DNA from: Eledone cirrhosa
Taxonomy: Eukaryota
Reading direction: 5' to 3'
Length of the DNA: 64,000 nt
Assembly: GCA_964016885.1 (NCBI GenBank)
Contig: OZ024740.1
Location: forward strand, 210,242,001-210,306,000
The position numbers and the translations under genes were made by a program. The notes under the pieces are model-generated. The model was given only the letters and a program-made list of their open reading frames with translations. It did not search any database and was not told where the DNA came from. This document shows positions 26,301 through 37,783 of this stretch, in pieces (positions within the stretch are counted from its first letter, which is position 1; each line of letters opens with the position of its first letter).

Positions 26301-29300
26301 TACAGCCACCTACAGCCACTTACAGCCACCTACAGCCACCTACAGCCACCTACAGCCACCTACAGCCACTTACAGCCACTTACAGCCACTTACAGCCACC
26401 TACAGTCACCTACAGCCACCTACAGCCACCTACAGCCACCTACAGCCACTTACAGCCACTTACAGCCACCTACAGCCACCTACAGCCACCTACAGCCACC
26501 TACAGCCACTTACAGCCACTTACAGCCACCTACAGCCACCTACAGCCACCTACAGCCAGCTACAGCCACTTACAGCCACCTACAGCCACTTACAGCCACC
26601 TACAGCCACCTACAGCCACTTACAGCCACCTACAGCCACCTACAGCCACTTACAGCCACCTACAGCCACTTACAGCCACTTACAGCCACTTACAGCGACC
26701 TACAGCCACCTACAGCCACCTACAGCCACTTACAGCCACCTACAGCCACCTACAGCCACTTACAGCCACCTACAGCCACTTACAGCCACTTACAGCCACT
26801 TACAGCGACCTACAGCGACCTACAGCCACCTACAGCGACCTACAGCCACCTACAGCCACCTACAGCCACTTACAGCCACTTACAGCCACCTACAACCACT
26901 TACAGCCACCTACAGCCACCTACAGCCACTTACAGCCACCTACAGCCACCTACAGCCACCTACAGCCACCTACAGCCACTTACAGCCACCTACAGCCACG
27001 TACAGCCACTTACAGCCACCTACAGCCACCTACAGCCACCTACAGCCACTTACAGCCACCTACAGCCACCTACAGCCACTTACAGCCACCTACAGCCACT
27101 TACAGCCACTTACAGCCACCTACAGCCACCTACAGCCACCTACAGCCACTTACAGCCACCTACAGCCACCTACAGCCACCTACAGCCACCTACAGCCACT
27201 TACAGCCACTTACAGCCACCTACAGCCACCTACAGCCACCTACAGCCACTTACAGCCACCTACAGCCACCTACAGCCACTTACAGCCACTTACAGCCACT
27301 TACAGCCACTTACAGCCACCTACAGCCACCTACAGCCACCTACAGACACTTACAGCCACCTACAGCCACCTACAGCCACCTACAGCCACCTACAGCCACC
27401 TACAGCCACTTACAGCCACCTACAACCACTTACAGCCACCTACAGCCACCTACAGCCACTTACAGCCACCTACAGCCACCTACAGCCACCTACAGCCACC
27501 TACAGCCACTTACAGCCACATCAGCTAATTACTGCCATCTACAGCCACCTCAGCTACTTACATCCAGCTACACTCACATCAGCCACCTAAAACCACCTCA
27601 GCCACGTACAGCCACCTACACCCACATCAGCCACTTACAGCCACCTACAGCCATCTACAGCCACTTACAGCCACCTACAGCCACTTACAGCCACCTACAG
27701 CCACGTATAGCCACTTACAGCCACTTACAGCCACCTATAGCCACTTACAGCCACCTACAGCCACGTACAGCCACTTACAGCCACCTACAGCCACCTACAG
27801 CCACTTACAGCCACCTACAGCCACCTACAGCCACCTACAGCCACCTACAGCTACCTACAGCCAATTACAGCCACCTACAACCACCTACAGCCACTTACAG
27901 CCACTTACAGCCACCTACAGCCACCTACAGCCACCTACAGCCACCTACAGCCACCTACAGCCACCTACAGCCACTTACAGCCACCTACAGCCACCTACAG
28001 CCACCTACAGCCACCTACAGCCACCTACAGCCACTTACAGCCACCTACAGCCACCTACAGCCACCTACAGCCACTTACAGCCACTTACAGCCACTTACAG
28101 CCACCTACAGTCACCTACAGCCACCTACAGCCACCTACAGCCACCTACAGCCACTTACAGCCACTTACAGCCACCTACAGCCACCTACAGCCACCTACAG
28201 CCACCTACAGCCACTTACAGCCACCTACAGCCACCTACAGCCACCTACAGCCACCTACAGCCAGCTACAGCCACTTACAGCCACCTACAGCCACTTACAG
28301 CCACCTACAGCCACCTACAGCCACTTACAGCCACCTACAGCCACCTACAGCCACTTACAGCCACCTACAGCCACTTACAGCCACTTACAGCCACTTACAG
28401 CGACCTACAGCCACCTACAGCCACCTACAGCCACTTACAGCCACCTACAGCCACCTACAGCCACTTACAGCCACCTACAGCCACTTACAGCCACTTACAG
28501 CCACTTACAGCGACCTACAGCGACCTACAGCCACCTACAGCGACCTACAGCCACCTACAGCCACCTACAGCCACTTACAGCCACTTACAGCCACCTACTA
28601 CCACTTACAGCCACCTACAGCCACCTACAGCCACTTACAGCCACCTACAGCCACCTACAGCCACCTACAGCCACCTACAGCCACTTACAGCCACTTACAG
28701 CCACCTACAGCCACTTACAGCCACCTACAGCCACTTACAGCCACCTACAGCCACCTACAGCCACTTACAGCCACCTACAGCCACCTACAGCCACTTACAG
28801 CCACCTACAGCCACCTACAGCCACCTACATCCACCTACAGCCACTTACAGCCACTTACAGCCACCTACAGCCACCTACAGCCACCTACAGCCACTTACAG
28901 CCACTTACAGCCACCTACAGCCACTTACAGCCACTTACAGCCACCCACAGACACTTACAGCCACCTACAGCCACCTACAGCCACCTACAGCCACTTACAG
29001 CCACCTACAGCCACTTACAGCCACTTACAGCCACCTACAGCCACCTACAGCCACCTACAGCCACTTACATCCACCTACAGCCACCTACAGCCACCTACAG
29101 CCACTTACAGCCACCTACAGCCATACAGCCACCCACAGCCACCTACAGCCACCTACAGCCACCCACAGCCACCAACAGCCACCTACAGCCACCTACAGCC
29201 ACTTACAGCCACATCAGCTAATTGCTGCCATCTACAGCCACCTCAGCTACTTACATCCAGCTACACTCACATCAGCCACCTAAAACAACCTCAGCCACGT

Positions 29301-32300
29301 ACAGCCACCTACACCCACATCAGCCACTTACAGCCACCTACAGCCATCTACAGCCACTTACAGCCACCTACAGCCACTTACAGCCACCTACAGCCACGTA
29401 CAGCCACTTACAGCCACTTACAGCCACCTACAGCCACTTACAGCCACCTACAGCCACGTACAGCCACTTACAGCTACCTACAGCCACCTACAGCCACTTA
29501 CAGCCACCTACAGCCACCTACAGCCACCTACAGCCACCTACAGCTACCTACAGCCAATTACAGCCACCTACAGCCACCTACAGCCACTTACAGCCACTTA
29601 CAGCCACCTACAGCCACCTACAGCCACCTACAGCCACCTACAGCCACCTACAGCCACCTACAGCCACTTACAGCCACCTACAGCCACCTACAGCCACCTA
29701 CAGCCACCTACAGCCACTTACAGCCACCTACAGCCACCTACAGCCACCTACAGCCACCTACAGCCACTTACAGCCACCTACAGCCACTTACAGCCACCTA
29801 CAGCCACCTACAGCCACTTACAGCCACCTACAGCCACTTACAGCCACTTACAGCCACCTACAGCCACCTACAGCCACCTACAGCCACCTACAGCCACCTA
29901 CAGCCACTTACAGCCACCTACAGCCACCTACAGCCACCTACAGCCACCTACAGCCACCTACAGCCACTTACAGCCACCTACAGCCACTTACAGCCACTTA
30001 CAGCCACTTACAGCCACCTACAGCCACCTACAGCCACTTACAGCCACCTACAGCCACCTACAGCCACCTACAGCCACTTACAGCCACATAAAGCCACCTA
30101 CAGCCACTTACAGCCACCTACAGCCACCTACAGCCACATACAGCCACTTACAGCCACCTACAGCCACCTACAGCCACTTACAGCCACCTACAGCCACGTA
30201 CAACCACCTACAGCCACCTACAGCCACTTACAGCCACCTACAGCCACGTACAGCCACTTACAGCCACCTACAGCCACCTACAGCCACCTACAGCCACTTA
30301 CAGCCACCTACAGCCACCTACAGCCACTTACAGCCACCTACAGCCACTTACAGCCACTTACAGCCACCTACAGCCACCTACAGCCACCTACAGCCACTTA
30401 CAGCCACCTACAGCCACCTACAGCCACCTACAGCCACTTACAGCCACTTACAGCCACCTACAGCCACCTACAGCCACCTACAGCCACTTACAGCCACCTA
30501 CAGCCACCTACAGCCACTTACAGCCACTTACAGCCACTTACAGCCACTTACAGCCACCTACAGCCACCTACAGCCACCTACAGACACTTACAGCCACCTA
30601 CAGCCACCTACAGCCACCTACAGCCACCTACAGCTACCTACAGCCACTTACAGCCACCTACAACCACTTACAGCCACCTACAGCCACCTACAGCCACTTA
30701 CAGCCACCTACAGCCACCTACAGCCACCTACAGCCACCTACAGCCACTTACAGCCACATCAGCTAATTACTGCCATCTACAGCCACCTCAGCTACTTACA
30801 TCCAGCTACACTCACATCAGCCACCTAAAACCACCTCAGCCACGTACAGCCACCTACACCCACATCAGCCACTTACAGCCACCTACAGCCATCTACAGCC
30901 ACTTACAGCCACCTACAGCCACGTATAGCCACTTACAGCCACTTACAGCCACCTACAGCCACTTACAGCCACCTACAGCCACGTACAGCCACTTACAGCC
31001 ACCTACAGCCACCTACAGCCACTTACAGCCACCTACAGCCACCTACAGCCACCTACAGCCACCTACAGCCACCTACAGCCACTTACAGCCACCTACAGCC
31101 ACCTACAGCCACCTACAGCCACCTACAGCCACTTACAGCCACTTACAGCCACTTACAGCCACCTACAGTCACCTACAGCCACCTACAGCCACCTACAGCC
31201 ACCTACAGCCACTTACAGCCACTTACAGCCACCTACAGCCACCTACAGCCACCTACAGCCACCTACAGCCACTTACAGCCACTTACAGCCACCTACAGCC
31301 ACCTACAGCCACCTACAGCCAGCTACAGCCACTTACAGCCACCTACAGCCACTTACAGCCACCTACAGCCACCTACAGCCACTTACAGCCACCTACAGCC
31401 ACCTACAGCCACTTACAGCCACCTACAGCCACTTACAGCCACTTACAGCCACTTACAGCGACCTACAGCCACCTACAGCCACCTACAGCCACTTACAGCC
31501 ACCTACAGCCACCTACAGCCACTTACAGCCACCTACAGCCACTTACAGCCACTTACAGCCACTTACAGCGACCTACAGCGACCTACAGCCACCTACAGCG
31601 ACCTACAGCCACCTACAGCCACCTACAGCCACTTACAGCCACTTACAGCCACCTACAACCACTTACAGCCACCTACAGCCACCTACAGCCACTTACAGCC
31701 ACCTACAGCCACCTACAGCCACCTACAGCCACCTACAGCCACTTACAGCCACTTACAGCCACCTACAGCCACTTACAGCCACCTACAGCCACTTACAGCC
31801 ACCTACAGCCACCTACAGCCACTTACAGCCACCTACAGCCACCTACAGCCACTTACAGCCACCTACAGCCACCTACAGCCACCTACATCCACCTACAGCC
31901 ACTTACAGCCACTTACAGCCACCTACAGCCACCTACAGCCACCTACAGCCACTTACAGCCACTTACAGCCACCTACAGCCACTTACAGCCACTTACAGCC
32001 ACCCACAGACACTTACAGCCACCTACAGCCACCTACAGCCACCTACAGCCACTTACAGCCACCTACAGCCACTTACAGCCACTTACAGCCACCTACAGCC
32101 ACCTACAGCCACCTACAGCCACTTACATCCACCTACAGCCACCTACAGCCACCTACAGCCACTTACAGCCACCTACAGCCACCCACAGCCACCTACAGCC
32201 ACCTACAGCCACCCACAGCCACCAACAGCCACCTACAGCCACCCTCAGCCACCTACAGCCACCTACAGCTACCTACAGCCACCCACAGCCACTTACAGCC

Positions 32301-33308
32301 ACCTACAGCCACCTACAGCCACCTACAACCACCTACAGCCACCTACAGCCACCAACAGCCACCTACAGCCACCTACAGCCACCCTCAGCCACCTACAGCC
32401 ACCTATAGCTACCTACAGCCACCCACAGCCACTTACAGCCACTTACAGCGACCTACAGCCACCTACAGCCACCTACAGCCACTTACAGCCACCTACAGCC
32501 ACCTACAGCCACTTACAGCCACCTACAGCCACTTACAGCCATTTACAGCCACTTACAGCGACCTACAGCCACCTACAGCCACCTACAGCCACCTACAGCT
32601 ACCTACAGCCACTTACAGCCACCTACAGCCACCTACAGCCACCTACAGCCACTTACAGCCACTTACAGCCACTTACAGCCACCTACAGCCACCTACAGCC
32701 ACCTACAGCCACCTACAGCCACCTACACCCACCTACAGCCACTTACAGCCACCTACAGCCACCTACAGTCACCTACAGCCACTTACAGCCACTTACAGCC
32801 ACCTACAACCACTTACAGCCACCTACAGCCACCTACAGCCACTTACAGCCACCTACAGCCACCTACAGCCACCTACAGCCACTTACAGCCACTTACAGCC
32901 ACCTACAGCCACCTACAGCCACCTACAGCCACTTACAGCCACTTACAGCCACCTACAGCCACTTACAGCCACCTACAGCCACCTACAGCCACCTACAGCC
33001 ACTTACAGCCACCTACAGCCACTTACAGCCACCTACAGCCACTTACAGCCACTTACAGCCACCTACAGCCACCTACAGCCACTTACAGCCACCTACAGTC
33101 ACCTACAGCCACTTACAGCCACCTACAGACACCTACAGCCACTTACAGCCACCTACAGCCACTTACAGCCACCTACAGCCACCTACAGCCACCTACAGCC
33201 ACTTCCAGCCACCTACAGCCACCTACAGCCACCTACAGCCACCTACAGCCACCTACAGCCACCTACAGCCAGCTACAGCCACTTACAGCCACTTACAGCC
33301 ACCTACAG
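11381..33308 (+). repeat. Decamer satellite block 2, (YTACAGCCAC)n, ~22 kb, with higher-order repeats
   Basis: Reverse complement of the block 1 unit. Punctuated by 13 copies of a ~115-bp degenerate cassette, plus one variant copy near 11440. Confidence 0.99.
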
Positions 33309-33319
33309 ATATCTATAGA

Positions 33320-33445
33320 TGTGGCTGTAAGTGGCTGTAGTTGGCTGTAGGTGGATGTAGGTGGCTATATATAGCTGTAATTGACTGTAGGTGGCTGATG
33401 TGGAAGTATGTGGCTGAGTTGGATGTAGGTGGCTGTAGGTAGCTG
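33320..33445 (-). repeat. Decamer satellite block 3, short and degenerate, G-rich orientation
   Basis: About 12 diverged GTGGCTGTAR units after the second strand switch. Confidence 0.9.
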
Positions 33446-33599
33446 CACCCCTTGTATACTTTTGTTTTCCATATCTATTGTTTTCCATAAACAATACTTC
33501 GTAAACTCCCACCATTTTTAAAATATGCTCTTGTAATGCCCTCCTTATCTGTTGCTCTTGTAGTAAACAGAAGAAATAATACTAATTATCATTACCATT

Positions 33600-34128
33600 A
33601 GGACGGTAGATTGGTAGAATAGTTACAGCATCGGATAGAATACCTTGCATTAATTGTTCTTACTCTCTAACCCCCCGAATTTAATTACTGCAGAGGTCAA
33701 CTTTACCTTTCATCCTTCTTAGATCTATAAAATAAAGTACCAATCAAATACTGGGATTCATTTAATCGACTGCCCACCCCAACCCACCTACTGGTACCCC
33801 CATCCCACTGGCTTTCTGCCTATCTTAGAAATTGTTCGAGGTTAAATTTGCCTTTCATCCTTACGGGGTTGATAAAATAAAGTACCAGTAATGCACTCGG
33901 GTAATTGCTGGCCTTGTGCCAAAAGCGGAAACAATTGTTATCGAGCACGATGGAGTGGCTGTATTGGTAAAGCGTCAGACAAAATCCTTTGTAGTATCTA
34001 GTTATGACTTTCTACGTTCTGGGATCGATAAGATAAAGTCCCAGTCATGTTCTATGGTTAATATAATCGATCTCCCTCTTTTCCCAAATTGCTGACCTTG
34101 TGCCAATGTTAGGAAGAACTATTATTAT
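33600..34128 (+). mobile_element. Cluster of three tandem family A SINE copies/fragments
   Basis: Three occurrences of the GATAAAATAAAGTACCAG core and the GCTGGCCTTGTGCC-type tail. Confidence 0.75.
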
Positions 34129-34231
34129 TTTCATTAATGGTTTACATACTCTGATTGACAGGAACCTTTCTGCTGCAGCTCCTATATTAAACAAGATTTC
34201 ATTATAAGTCTTTCTTTTCTTTACTTTAAAG

Positions 34232-34306
34232 ACAATGCCCTACGCAGAATATGGACACATCTTAGGAGCACTATTTTCTGGAATTCACCTATGGAAGGTC
34301 TTTCAG
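34232..34306 (+). CDS. Candidate 75-bp host exon, product unknown
   Basis: Strong polypyrimidine tract and AG (TCTTTCTTTTCTTTACTTTAAAG), CAG|GTAGTA donor, length a multiple of 3, two open frames. No family recognised. Confidence 0.3.
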
Positions 34307-34409
34307 GTAGTAATTTGATTATTTTTTGAGCTCCAACCTTCACAACATATACCACGTCTATAATGACAGGGACTATTCTTATGTCCATGTTCTATATTTT
34401 CGCTGAATT

Positions 34410-34450
<41 letters not shown>

Positions 34451-34451
<1 letters not shown>

Positions 34452-34523
34452 CCTGAAGAGTCCGATACTCGAGTTACCAAAATTACTTGAAATCTCAAAA
34501 TGCGGACGAAACCATGGTAGAGG
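34451..34523 (+). ncRNA. Type I hammerhead ribozyme (PLE pseudo-LTR remnant in (TA)n)
   Basis: CTGAAGA, stem II GTCCG/CGGAC, GAAAC-CATG-GTA with palindromic stem III ACCATGGT, then AATAAA. The 5' strand of stem I is clipped by the (TA)n tract. Confidence 0.75.
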
Positions 34524-34790
34524 TAAATAAATGTATTCTATTTTCTCATAGTTTATTTTACACCTAATTCTGTTTAATTGACAGTATCTGGGCGATTACG
34601 CTGTCGAAATATTCGATAAATATTCCGTCGCGGCCGACGCGAAGGGCTGGTTTCGGTTATTTGTTGGAGATTTCTTCATAGAAGCCTTATTCTTATAGCT
34701 TGGTCTATTCGATTTTTTATATGGTTAATTATGCTAATTGGGAGAGGAAATGGTATATATTTTATCTGGTGATTCTATAGACATGTTTTA

Positions 34791-34844
<54 letters not shown>

Positions 34845-34863
34845 ATGTGTGTGCGTATGTGTG

Positions 34864-35046
34864 TATTTAATTATGTAATAAACAACACAATATAATTATT
34901 CCATTACCCTGTTAGAATCGTCTGACTTCGTGAAACCTTGGGTAATGGAATAATTATATTGTGTTGTTTATTACATAATTAAATAGCTCTGTTTTATACA
35001 TAGAGCACTCTTCTTTCCTTTACCTTTTGCACAGAAACACTTAACA
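34864..35046. mobile_element. Fold-back hairpin element, copy 2 (internally deleted)
   Basis: Perfect 46-bp arms at 34864-34909 and 34940-34985. Homologous to 5107-5373 including the tail, and ends in (TA)n. Confidence 0.8.
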
Positions 35047-35145
35047 TATATATATATATATATACAGAGAGAGAGGAGGGGGGAGATAACATCGTCGAAA
35101 AAGACGAAACGTGAGTATATTTGAAATTCATAGGAATAATTTGAA

Positions 35146-35147
<2 letters not shown>

Positions 35148-35185
<38 letters not shown>

Positions 35186-35215
35186 TGTTGTTGTAGTTGT
35201 AGTAGTAGTAGTAGT
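35148..35215. repeat. (GTA)n/(GTT)n microsatellite
   Basis: Direct reading. Confidence 0.95.
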
Positions 35216-35544
35216 GCTGACACCACAGCATCTGGTTAAATGAAAGATGTTGATATTCTTGTAAATAACTTAAACGTCGCAACCCCATTTTTCACATTTT
35301 CTTTCACTAAAACATCTAAAACTTTTTGCCTCAGTTTCATGTCTTTACTTTATTTTAGACATTGCGTTTATTTATTTTAGATAAATCTAAGTGTCCTACT
35401 ATCGTGCTCACAATGATTGATTTCTAAAAGTTCAGTTGACCCCAAATGCTTATCTGTAAACATAATATATAAACCTTATTGGTTCGTGTGTATCCAGTTT
35501 AGAATAGGTGCGCCATGTCCAAGCGTATCGTAAGAAGCGATTAA

Positions 35545-35865
35545 AAGGGTTGGTGTCAGGAAGGGCATCGGACTGCTAAACATCGTCTCAAAAAGTCCCG
35601 TCCAACACATTCCAGCATGGAAAAATCGACGAAAAAAACGATGATGATGGTAGTGGTGGTTATGGTTGTGGTTGTGGTGATGGTGATGGTGGTGGTTGCT
35701 GTTGTGTGGGTGGGAGTGGTGGAGGCGGATGTGGTTGTTGCTGGTGCTGTTGTTGTTGCTGTGGTGGTGGTGGTGGTGGTGGTGGTGGTGATGGTGATGG
35801 TAGTAGTTGTTGTTGCTGTGGTGGTGGTGGTGTTGGTGGTGGTGATGGTGGTGGCGACGGCGGTG
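35545..35865 (+). mobile_element. SINE 3' part with a GAT tail expanded into (GGT/GTT/GAT)n low complexity
   Basis: GGTTGGTGTCAGGAAGGGCATC...CCAGCATGGAAAA...GATGATGATG resembles an RTE-type SINE tail as I recall it. Source of the poly-H/T/V ORFs. Confidence 0.6.
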
Positions 35866-36603
35866 ATTGTTTTTCGTTTTAATCCGTTCACCATATCTGC
35901 ACATCGTATCAAAATCAGCCACAAAGCCTTTGATATACATGTGCATATGCAAACACAACATATATAGACACAACATTAACAGACACAGCATAGATAAAAG
36001 AAAAATAGTAAAAGGTATCCTTTATTCTTTCTTCGTTTCTAGAATACCGATGCTTTATGTATTGTCTTTGTAATTTAACGATCAGCTGAAATAAACCCAA
36101 TGAGGTTTACAGACGCGTTATATGTATTTATATTTCCAGAAGTTCTATTTTCTTTCTTAATCATTATATTATATCATGACTATTTTAACATCTGATAACT
36201 GATGCACATATATCAAGCATATCCTTTTGGGAACTATTTTACCATAAATATTCTAGGAGTTGTTTTGTTGCTATTGATTTTTTGTTGTTTTTTTTGTCAT
36301 GATCTTTGCAAAGAATACTGAATCGAACATTGTGAAATTTAAACTTAGTATCTCGTGTACTATAAATCCTTAAACCGATTATTGATATAAGTATATATTA
36401 TTCGCATTGGCTCATATATCTTACCAATATTCAAAATTATATGGTCCCACACACCACCGTTTGTTTCACTATGTAACGTATTGTGTTCAATCTGACATGC
36501 AAATTCGTATTTACAACACACGATTTTTGTAAAACCATGGAGTGAGTGGTAAATGAGATCCTGGACGATTTCCATTTGTCTTGCTCATTAAAGTTTATAT
36601 ATA

Positions 36604-36659
36604 TACTAGACCATCCATGACCCGTTGGGTCACGTTCACTTCAAGCTACCCTTTCACAA

Positions 36660-36736
<77 letters not shown>

Positions 36737-36886
36737 ATGAAGGTACCCGGAAAAACCCCATACCTCGGAACCCGTGCTCCGATTTACGCGAAATTTGTTT
36801 TATTCCATTTGTATTCCCATTTCAGGGTTAACTTCCTTTCAAAGTATTTTCCCATTATGCGCCCTTTTGGCTGTATTACATTACAG

Positions 36887-36926
<40 letters not shown>

Positions 36927-36945
36927 TCACAGAGTTTTAGTACCA

Positions 36946-36948
<3 letters not shown>
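36604..36948 (+). mobile_element. Possible non-autonomous Helentron-associated element (HINE/Lep1-like layout)
   Basis: Starts TACTAG with a TGACCC/GGGTCA hairpin, has internal (CT)n and a subterminal (CAAG)n, and ends TTTTAGTACCAGTATA in (TA)n. Called on layout similarity only. Confidence 0.4.
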
Positions 36949-37016
<68 letters not shown>

Positions 37017-37060
37017 TTAGTTCCACAACAAATTAGCGAACCTTAGTTGTGGAACTAACT

Positions 37061-37675
37061 TTATACCGAACTCGTCCTCTTGACGTTAATGGGTGTTGGA
37101 GGTGAGAAGGCTGTGGTGCGGTCAGTATCACGGACATGGTGGAAGAATATCCACGATGGATGAAGCGAGATGCTATGCGTTGAGACTGGGTCTCGAAATA
37201 GTGGTCCTGGCTGCAGAGTCGACGAAGACGAAAGAATTGGGAGTTGAGTATATAGAGTTTGGTGTGGGTCGGATGGGAAGTTGAGGTAGGTGTGGGAGTC
37301 AGTGGGTTTGTTGAAGATGGAAGTAGAGAAGGTGTGGTAAGTGTGATCGAGAGAGAGAGGGGGAGGGGAGTGAGACTGAGAGAGAGCGAGAGAGAGAGAG
37401 GGAGATGTTGAGAAATTGAACGGAAGAATCGGAGACGGAGGAGGTGAAGGTGAGAGCAGGATGAAAAGGCTGGACAAAGGAAAGAAAGGAGTCGAGCTAT
37501 TCACGGGAATAAGAGAGGTGGCGCCGATACAGTCGTCGATATAACGACTGTATAGTTTTGGGGTAGGTCCAGTGTAGTGGGAGAAGATCTGGTCGTCAAC
37601 GTAGCAAGTTGGCATAGTTCGGGTCAATTCTGGTTCCCATGGCTACCCCAGATACCTGCTGGTAAAACTCTACGC
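37061..37675 (-). pseudogene. Decayed PLE reverse transcriptase fragment (YIDD type, different lineage from 57-63 kb)
   Basis: Across frameshifts: FYQQVSGVAMGTRIDPNYANL, YSRYIDDCIG and FNKPTDSHTYLNF, which are PLE RT core and thumb motifs. Confidence 0.85.
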
Positions 37676-37783
37676 TTCCTTTGCTTGATTCTTTTTCTTT
37701 TCTTCTTTTCATTTCCTTTTTTCTTCCCCCAGTATAATTTTGATTTTTTATTGTAATCTGGTTCTTAATAAAAAGTTGATATA

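Noticed and set aside
11126-30091. Long ORFs (up to 1145 aa) of YSHLQPPTAT repeats, superficially like a Pol II CTD or mucin
   Set aside because: A stop-free 10-mer gives the same peptide in all three frames. The starts are non-ATG, there is no unique domain, and indels ignore frame.
7552-33445. CRISPR-like reading of the cassette-plus-spacer periodicity
   Set aside because: The intervals are the same satellite rather than unique spacers, there are no cas genes, and the context is eukaryotic.
7537-33452. AGGGGT / ACCCCT at the array edges as hAT-like TIRs
   Set aside because: Only a 6-bp match and no target-site duplication.
34971-37046. Poly-Y, poly-H, poly-T, poly-V, LSLS and ASKQ ORFs
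   Set aside because: Microsatellite translations.
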